Below, piece after piece: positions 46,363-52,577 of a stretch of 52,577 nucleotides of DNA. The position numbers and the translations under genes were made by a program. The notes under the pieces were generated by a model. That model saw only the letters and a program-made list of their open reading frames with translations, was not told the DNA's origin and did no database searches. Numbering within the stretch: position 1 is the stretch's first letter; every line of letters begins with the position of its first letter. The stretch is from positions 1-52,577 of IMG/VR virus record IMGVR_UViG_3300050139_000048; one strand, written 5' to 3'. This stretch comes from a virus. Lineage: Duplodnaviria; Caudoviricetes.

Positions 46363-47623
46363 GTTTCACTTCCTCAAAGGTTCGGCCGTCGCCGTCGAGT
46401 GTGGCCTGCTTGCCGGTCAGCGTCGACCACCGGATCACCGACACGTCGACATATTCCGGGGCGAGTTCCAAAGTGAAACTGCGTCGCCCGGTCGTCTCGC
46501 ACGCAATACAGGTCGATCCTGATCCGCCAAAAATGTCGAGCACGATGTCGCCCGGATTGCTGGAATTGCCGATGGCTCGCGCCGCCAGTTCAACCGGCTT
46601 CTGCGTCGGGTGATATTCGTTCTTCGGCGCTCGGGAAACTTCCCAGACCGTGACCTCGTTATTCTCACCAACCCATCGCGCCACCTTGCCGCGTCGGTGC
46701 GCGTAGAACATCGGCTCATGCTTGCCCTTGTAGTGCGCCGACGTGACGAATTGCGCGTTGTTCTTGACCCAGATGATCTGCGCCGTTATGACGTACCCAG
46801 CGGCAGCGGCAGCGGCAGCGGCAGCGGCAGCGTGTGCATCGGCGTACCACAGATACAGCGCGGCATGGTCGGCGGCAGCCGCGCGCAGGTTCGGCAGCGC
46901 GTCGGCATAGATCGTCGTTCCCGCCTCGTCGCCCGCAAGTTTGTCGCGCAGTTTCGCACCGCCTTTGTAGCCGACACCGTAGGGCGGGTCGGTGAACACC
47001 ATGTCCGCCTTCGCCCCGCCCATCAGACGAGCCACGTCCTCGGCCTTGGTCGAGTCGCCCGCGAGCAAGCGGTGCGTGCCCATCACCCACAGGTCGCCGC
47101 CCCGCGACACCGGAACCACCGGCGCGGGCGGCACCTCGTCCGGATCAAACCCGGTATTCGGCGTCCCGATCAGGTCGTTCAACTCGCCCGGGGCGAAGCC
47201 GATCAGGCTCATGTCGAACTTCAGGTCGCGTAACGCGTCGAGTTCGGCCGCCAGCATGTCCTGGTCCCACTCAGCCAAGTCGGCGATCTTGTTCACCGAC
47301 AGCCGGAAGGCTTTGACCTGCGCCTCGGACAGATCATCGGCCAGCAGCACCGGCACCGTCTCAAGGCCAAGCTGGATTGCACTTTTAATCCGAAGATGCC
47401 CGTCTATAACCGTGCCGTCGCTCCTTGCCAGTATCGGGACCCTGAACCCAAATTCCTTGATCGCCGCGGCACATTGCGCCACCGCATGATCGTTGACGCG
47501 AGGATTACCGGCATACTCCACCAGCCGGTCAAGCGGCCAATGTTGCAGTGCGGCGTCTAGCGAAGTGCCAGAAATTACGGTTTGAGACCCCTTCTTATGT
47601 TGCGCTGCCGCAGATTTGCTCAA
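46319..47623 (-). CDS. ParB-domain-fused DNA methyltransferase
   Basis: Y..NPR, EFGF..PI, IDGH.R; FTDPPY; HPTQKPV; LD.FGGSGST. Confidence 0.93.
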   Translation of the reverse strand: MSKSAAAQHKKGSQTVISGTSLDAALQHWPLDRLVEYAGNPRVNDHAVAQCAAAIKEFGFRVPILARSDGTVIDGHLRIKSAIQLGLETVPVLLADDLSEAQVKAFRLSVNKIADLAEWDQDMLAAELDALRDLKFDMSLIGFAPGELNDLIGTPNTGFDPDEVPPAPVVPVSRGGDLWVMGTHRLLAGDSTKAEDVARLMGGAKADMVFTDPPYGVGYKGGAKLRDKLAGDEAGTTIYADALPNLRAAAADHAALYLWYADAHAAAAAAAAAAAGYVITAQIIWVKNNAQFVTSAHYKGKHEPMFYAHRRGKVARWVGENNEVTVWEVSRAPKNEYHPTQKPVELAARAIGNSSNPGDIVLDIFGGSGSTCIACETTGRRSFTLELAPEYVDVSVIRWSTLTGKQATLDGDGRTFEEVKRERTQANTDAPETA

Positions 47624-47629
47624 AATCCG

Positions 47630-47745
47630 GTTTCCTTAATTTCGCGTTTGTGAAAAAAGAGGGGCGAGGCGGTCCCCGCGGATGGCCGACAGTTTTTGTT
47701 TCACGCCCCCCCCGGCCGAAGCGCCCCACGATGGCCAGGAAGGGC
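47630..47745 (-). other. Probable cos/packaging initiation region
   Basis: Between HNH gene and terminase module; minus strand has a G-run, then GACCG..CCCCTC-T-run-CACAAACGCGAAATT as in HK97-like cos regions. Confidence 0.6.
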
Positions 47746-47746
47746 G

Positions 47747-48055
47747 TCAGCGGCGCGGGAAACCGTCGAGCCCTATCGAGACCCTTGGCTTGAGCGCGCG
47801 CTGCTGCGCCTCGGCATCCGCGCGCACGTGGCAGGCATGGGACATCGATATGAGGTTGCTGGGGTCGTCCGTGCCGCCTTTGGCCTTCGACTTGATGTGG
47901 TGCACCTCGGTCGCAAGTGTGACCCTATCCTCAGCCTTGCAATATCGACACTGGCAGAGGTGCCCGTCGCGTTCGAGTACTACAGCGCGAACTTTGTCCC
48001 AAGATGCGCCGTAACCGCGCGATTGGCGCGAGGTAGTCGGCCAGTTCGAGCGCAT
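47747..48055 (-). CDS. Packaging-associated HNH endonuclease (HK97 gp74-like)
   Basis: RGYG..W.K.R..VL.RD..LCQ, EVHHI...GG.D...NL...H.CH. Confidence 0.92.
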   Translation of the reverse strand: MRSNWPTTSRQSRGYGASWDKVRAVVLERDGHLCQCRYCKAEDRVTLATEVHHIKSKAKGGTDDPSNLISMSHACHVRADAEAQQRALKPRVSIGLDGFPRR

Positions 48056-48380
48056 GCTTGTCCTTATGCCGACTCACGCAGCGTAGAGGAGTTGGCCACC
48101 GCGCGTCGGCTGCCGGGGATACGCGCCTCTGGCCGGCTGGGCATGTAGATGCCGCCCTGCGCGCGATCCCTACGGTACGCGACTGATGGGCGGCCCGGGC
48201 CCAACCCTGGGTCCGGTGTTCGAATAAAGAAAGCCCGAGCAGCATGACCTGGTTCGGGCGAAGCCACTGCGCCGGGAGGAGTGCCGGCTTGTGTGCAGTG
48301 GAGCCGTGATCTTGGTCTGCCCGCTGCCTTGCGGTTCTACCGCTCTCCCTGCTGCTACATCCGGCGCGGATGTCGAAACG

Positions 48381-48405
48381 AAAAAGCCCGCATTTGGCGG
48401 GCTTC
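48381..48405 (-). terminator. tR'-like terminator downstream of late promoter
   Basis: GAAGCCCGC-CAAAT-GCGGGC-TTTTT. Confidence 0.8.
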
Positions 48406-48439
48406 GGAGGCACTTCTGCAACTTATCGGATTGACAGCC

Positions 48440-48467
48440 ATTATCCGCATGATTTGCGGAATGTCAA
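48440..48467 (-). promoter_or_regulatory. pR'-like sigma70 late promoter
   Basis: TTGACA-16 bp-GATAAT right after the putative late regulator, followed by a terminator. Confidence 0.75.
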
Positions 48468-48477
48468 GAGTTCGACA

Positions 48478-49074
48478 TCATTCCACGATTCCGGCGGCCT
48501 TAAGCTTCCCCTCGATCGCGTATTGCGCCAGCCGCTCGTGGTCCTTGAGGTAGCCTATTACGCGGCTCGCGTGCGCGCTTGCAGTGTCACGGTCGACGCC
48601 GGCGGCGTTGGCCGCATCCGATAGGCCGACGCGCACACCGAAGTAACGCTTGACCAGGGTATGCCGCAGCAAGTAGTTGACCGAACAGCCGGCCAGGGCA
48701 TCGGCGCGCACCTGGTCGGAAATCGCACTCAGCGCCTGCAACCATTCCCCATTCGCACGCCAGCCAGAGCAGCACGATTTTCCGCACGAGCACGGCAGCG
48801 CGCGCACCGCGAAGCGGGCGACGAGGATATGCCCGCGCAGGCGCGGCTGCAGCGCTTCGACCTCGGCCAGGATCATTCCAGCGGTTCCGGCGCCATCCAA
48901 TCCACCAAGACCACGCGGCGGTGACTTAGGCGGCTCATTGTCTAACCCAGGCGGTGTCCTATACATCATCGCCATGCCAGATGCTTTAACCGCCCCATGC
49001 TTGAAGTTGCAGGCAAAGGCGAGCGCGGCATTGACCGAACGGAACAGGGCGACTTCGGGCGTTTCGATCTGCAT
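48478..49074 (-). CDS. Putative late-gene regulator (Q-like position)
   Basis: Last gene before a promoter-terminator pair; CSCGKSCC and C-terminal HTH-like segment. Confidence 0.6.
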   Translation of the reverse strand: MQIETPEVALFRSVNAALAFACNFKHGAVKASGMAMMYRTPPGLDNEPPKSPPRGLGGLDGAGTAGMILAEVEALQPRLRGHILVARFAVRALPCSCGKSCCSGWRANGEWLQALSAISDQVRADALAGCSVNYLLRHTLVKRYFGVRVGLSDAANAAGVDRDTASAHASRVIGYLKDHERLAQYAIEGKLKAAGIVE

Positions 49075-50317
49075 GCTATTTCCCCGGCGTCCAACCGCTG
49101 ATCTTGGCGGTCATCTTCGCGCGCTCGTGCATGGAATTGGCCTCATCGCAGACGGTCGCGGCGATCCGGAACATCGCGGCGAGCTCGAGCAGGGACATCC
49201 CCGTTTGGCTTTGCGCGACGCTCACGAAAACAGATGCCTGCGTAGCCAGGGCGCTGGGCGTGACTTCGTTCTTATTTTCCATCGGTTGCCTCCAGGTAGT
49301 CGGCGCAGCGCTTTCCGAATAATCTGCGCTTCCCGCAACTGCTCACGAATTCGGATTCAACCGCGTGCGCCGGCGTTATCTCGCGATTGATGATCCAGCC
49401 ACAACCGGCGCAGGTGCGCGCCTCGGCTTCGGCGTAGACCAGCGCCGGGTCCTTCCAGGCTGACTTCGGAAGATCGGCGCTGTTCATTTCCGGCCGGCTA
49501 TCCTGTCGGCAACGTCCTGCGCGATCGACGACAAGATCAGCTTCAGGATCTGCCAGGACACCCAGATCAGCACGATGATGCAGACGCCGATCGCCAAGTA
49601 CGCAGCGCCAACGGCCGGATTTCCCATGTTCATTTCCGCTTCCCCTTTTTCTTGGCCTTTTTCTTCGGCTTCAATGCCTTTGCAGGGGCCGGCAACCTGA
49701 TCGGCTTGGGTGCGCTCTTACCGAAGTCGCACCCTGCCCGCGGCCAGTGAATCTTTTGGCAAAGGCGGCACAGCGGGGCGTCGATCGCGCTCATGCCGCC
49801 CTCCCTTTAAGCCAGTAATGCCAAATGCCACGCGCCCAACCGGCGGCATAGATAAAGGTCAATATGACAATTCCCCACTGCCCAGCCTTGATCGTCGCGT
49901 AGAGCCATGCTGGCTGTGCCGCTATGCCGAATATGCACGCCCATCGACGCAGCGCCGGTCTGGTGTCCTGAGATAGCCAAACAGAGGAAATCCCGCAGAC
50001 GAAGATGATGATCTGCTAGATCATGCGGCCGCCAAGGCTTTGTGGGCAGCAATTTCATGGTTATCAAACTCCATTCCGTCTCCTCGGTTGTTTGACCACA
50101 ATCCTGAGCAGCGCCGCCCTGTTCCTGCGCTGCGGCAATTGCTCGAAAGCGCCGCGCTCCAGCAGAGTGAACACACGCCCGCAGACCGTGTTTATCGGTA
50201 GATCAGCCGCGATGCACAATTCCTGCCGGGTGAAGCTCTGCCGGCCAAAGGCTTCGAAGGCTGCCAACAAAAGGCAGGCTTCCAAGTGCTGGAGGCGGGC
50301 GGTGCGGGGATCGTGCT

Positions 50318-50638
50318 TCATGCGGATCGCTCCCGCTTCGTCGCCACGCGCAGCTTGCCGTTTTCCCAGAGCCACAGGACATATCGCTCGAATGCGTTGC
50401 GCCAGACCTCGTAATAACCTTCGCGGCCCAGGTGCGCGCGGGTGAATAGGGCATGGCAGCGCGGACAGCCCGGAACAGCGTATGCGTCGTGCGACTTGTG
50501 CCCAGCCCCTCTACCGTGTGCCAGCATGTCGCTGTGGCATGGCACAGAGGCATCATTGCCGCAACCTTCGGCACCCAGGAGAAGGAAGCAGGGCGCGTCA
50601 TGCGCGCAGTCCAACAGGGCGCGATTGCGGTGGGTCAC
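50318..50638 (-). CDS. DUF1364-like Zn-binding nin-region protein
   Basis: LL..A.DAPC.L....C...V.CH...G.G.G.K..D.....C..CH. Confidence 0.75.
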   Translation of the reverse strand: MTHRNRALLDCAHDAPCFLLLGAEGCGNDASVPCHSDMLAHGRGAGHKSHDAYAVPGCPRCHALFTRAHLGREGYYEVWRNAFERYVLWLWENGKLRVATKRERSA

Positions 50639-50705
50639 GCGCTCCGCTCCAGTTGATCGAACGCCTCGCGCTCTTCATCAGCCAAAATCCACCTGGCGCC
50701 GCAGA

Positions 50706-51335
50706 TCATGCTGGCACTTCCTTGCGGGGCCATCTTTTTGCTAAAGCTGCTTTCATCCCATCGGGGCTTTTCCTACCAATTTTCGCCAGTGACATTTTCT
50801 TTCGCGTTTCAGCAGATGCCTTTTTCCCGATTCTGATAGCAGTCATTTTTGCGCACGATTCCGGCGAATGCTTTCTCCCAAGCCACGGAGTTTTCCCAAC
50901 CCCGTTTTTATTTCCTAGAGCGTTTTTGTTGCCAAGATTTGATAGCGCTAATGCCGCCCTATGGGAATCCGAAAACACTCTGCCTTTATTGACGGTTGCG
51001 TATTTATTCCCGATCGATGCTTTAGATATTCTCCGCTTCGTTTCTTCTGAGTGCTTTAATCCACTCATCCCCTCCCCGCCATCGGTAATATTGCAAAGTT
51101 CATACCCCTGGCTGCGCAACTGCGCTATTTGTTGCCTTTCATCTGCGACGGCCTGCGCCTCGGACTCGCACTCAAACACGTATATGCCTATATTTTGCCT
51201 TCCGTACTTTTTGACAACCTTGGTGTGCCAGTTATTCCGGCGATTGAAGTGATGGCTTCGATTGCCGTTACCCTTCCCAATGTAAAACGGCGTTCCGTCA
51301 GGCTTGCAATGGATATATGTATAAAAATCGCTCAT
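50706..51335 (-). CDS. GIY-YIG-like homing endonuclease with NUMOD3 repeats
   Basis: FYTYIH...PFYIGKG, NITDGGEG, HSEETK; same family as 25899..26789. Confidence 0.9.
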   Translation of the reverse strand: MSDFYTYIHCKPDGTPFYIGKGNGNRSHHFNRRNNWHTKVVKKYGRQNIGIYVFECESEAQAVADERQQIAQLRSQGYELCNITDGGEGMSGLKHSEETKRRISKASIGNKYATVNKGRVFSDSHRAALALSNLGNKNALGNKNGVGKTPWLGRKHSPESCAKMTAIRIGKKASAETRKKMSLAKIGRKSPDGMKAALAKRWPRKEVPA

Positions 51336-51712
51336 GTGTTCTCATACTCCACTATGTAACGCGCACCAATCACACTCTTGCACCAGCGCACCGGAGGGCT
51401 TTTTAGTCCTTGCGTACTCGGGTCGTCGCCAATCAGGAAGATTTGCGTAAGCGCGTCCGTAGTCTCTGCCTTATTCAAGTCATTGATGCTTCCGCCCAAC
51501 ATGATTAATCCCGGCGCACCCTCTCCGCGATCAATCCCAGGCATCAGACGCCAATGCTTGATAGTTCCGCAGATCATGTGCCGCCAATCGTTCTTGGTAA
51601 GTCGGAATCCGTGCCATTCAATTTGATTAGCCAAGTCACCACAGGCCGCGTGGAGCGTGTTTTTCTGCTCCTGCGTGGAATCTTCCTCGGCCCAATTGCG
51701 GGAATCGGCCAT
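51332..51712 (-). CDS. ninB: NinB/Orf-like recombination protein
   Basis: T.EQ...LHA...D.A.Q..W.G..L...DW, ..PG.D......LG. Confidence 0.75.
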   Translation of the reverse strand: MADSRNWAEEDSTQEQKNTLHAACGDLANQIEWHGFRLTKNDWRHMICGTIKHWRLMPGIDRGEGAPGLIMLGGSINDLNKAETTDALTQIFLIGDDPSTQGLKSPPVRWCKSVIGARYIVEYENT

Positions 51713-51779
51713 TACGCGGCATCCGGGAGAGCGTGTTTTCTTACTGAAAATTTGGGACTTATATACTTAACTCCCACGC

Positions 51780-52577
51780 TCACGGTATAGCCTCCGCGAA
51801 CAATGGGGCGTCTGACGCGATGCGACTACGCGCGATCTCGCAATACTCCGGGTCAATCTCAATGCCGATTGCCGAAAAGCCTTCAAGCTCTGCGGCCTTG
51901 AGCGTTGAGCCGCTGCCCATGAAGGGGTCCAGCACCGTCCCGCCTTTTGGCGTCACCAGCTTGCACAGGTAGCGCATCAGGTCCGTGGGCTTCACGGTCG
52001 GATGATGGTTGCGGTTGCTGCGGTTGCTGCGGTTGCGCGGATTGTCGCCGCCTACGCCGTCAGCCTTCGTGCGGTCGGCTGAACGCTTTGGATCGAGCCA
52101 TTCCAACCCTTCTTCGCGGTCGTCTTTGCTCGCTTTGGCGCAGTAGAAGAATCGCGCGGCGCTGCCCACATCGCCACACGGCTGGAAATCTGGGCGCGCA
52201 CCAAAATCGCCATAAGTGTTGATGCTTGGGCGCTCGCCGTGTTGCGGGCCTACCGCGCCCATTTGCCCGCTCGATTCAGGAAAACATGCCAGCACTTCCT
52301 CGCCGCCGTCGTGGATCAGGTTGGCGGGCCAGCGACCTAGATCAGTTTCGCCAACAGCCTTGGACGATTGGAGCGAGCCATCCACGCGGCCAGCGAGAGA
52401 ATTACCTGCGTATTCCACATCATCGCGCATTGCATGTACTTCGCGTAATGGGCGTCCCTGTGCTTCAACCCTGCACCCATCAATATTCAACCCGCCCGTG
52501 CCGTACTGCTGCACGTTCGCCGCAACAGTCAATCCTTTGGCAAGTGGCTTGCGGGCTAGGATGATCGGCTCCCATGC
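51780..52577 (-). CDS. DNA methyltransferase, 3' part (joined to 1..550)
   Basis: GRWPAN, ARFFYCAK, HPTVKP, VLDPFMGSGST. Confidence 0.92.
   Translation of the reverse strand, partial: AWEPIILARKPLAKGLTVAANVQQYGTGGLNIDGCRVEAQGRPLREVHAMRDDVEYAGNSLAGRVDGSLQSSKAVGETDLGRWPANLIHDGGEEVLACFPESSGQMGAVGPQHGERPSINTYGDFGARPDFQPCGDVGSAARFFYCAKASKDDREEGLEWLDPKRSADRTKADGVGGDNPRNRSNRSNRNHHPTVKPTDLMRYLCKLVTPKGGTVLDPFMGSGSTLKAAELEGFSAIGIEIDPEYCEIARSRIASDAPLFAEAIP
52451..52577. repeat. Direct terminal overlap, copy 2
   Basis: Identical to 1-127. Confidence 0.97.

Noticed and set aside
48295-48370. tRNA in the late leader
   Set aside because: A D-loop-like AGCGGTAGA and a CCA are present, but I could not build a T-arm or acceptor stem

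Overview
The window is a complete, circularly assembled genome (52,450 bp plus a 127-bp end overlap) of a lambdoid/HK97-like siphovirus; the gene content and moderately high GC suggest a Gram-negative, probably proteobacterial, host (inference). A long minus-strand unit runs from about 6100 through replication genes (ParB-like, SF2 helicase, TOPRIM primase, interrupted DUF1376 initiator), a nin-like region, a probable late regulator, an HNH/cos/terminase module, head, tail and lysis genes. A plus-strand early unit (about 6230-14460) carries a 27-bp tandem-repeat gene, an ERF/YqaJ recombination pair and many small ORFs. I found no integrase and no CI-like repressor. The most notable feature is an 8-enzyme cluster (Maf/DUF115-like and KpsS/KpsC-like putative transferases, GT9-like enzymes, three SAM methyltransferases, one radical SAM enzyme) inserted between the head-tail connector and head-closure genes; it is a candidate virion-glycosylation system. 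Other points are about six free-standing homing endonuclease genes, a covarying RNA hairpin cassette shared by two unrelated endonuclease genes, a pseudoknot-like element and a -1 frameshift site in the tail operon, a long structured late leader, and a patchwork of gene relics between the tail fibre and lysis genes. All product calls come from motif recognition by eye; no database searches were run.
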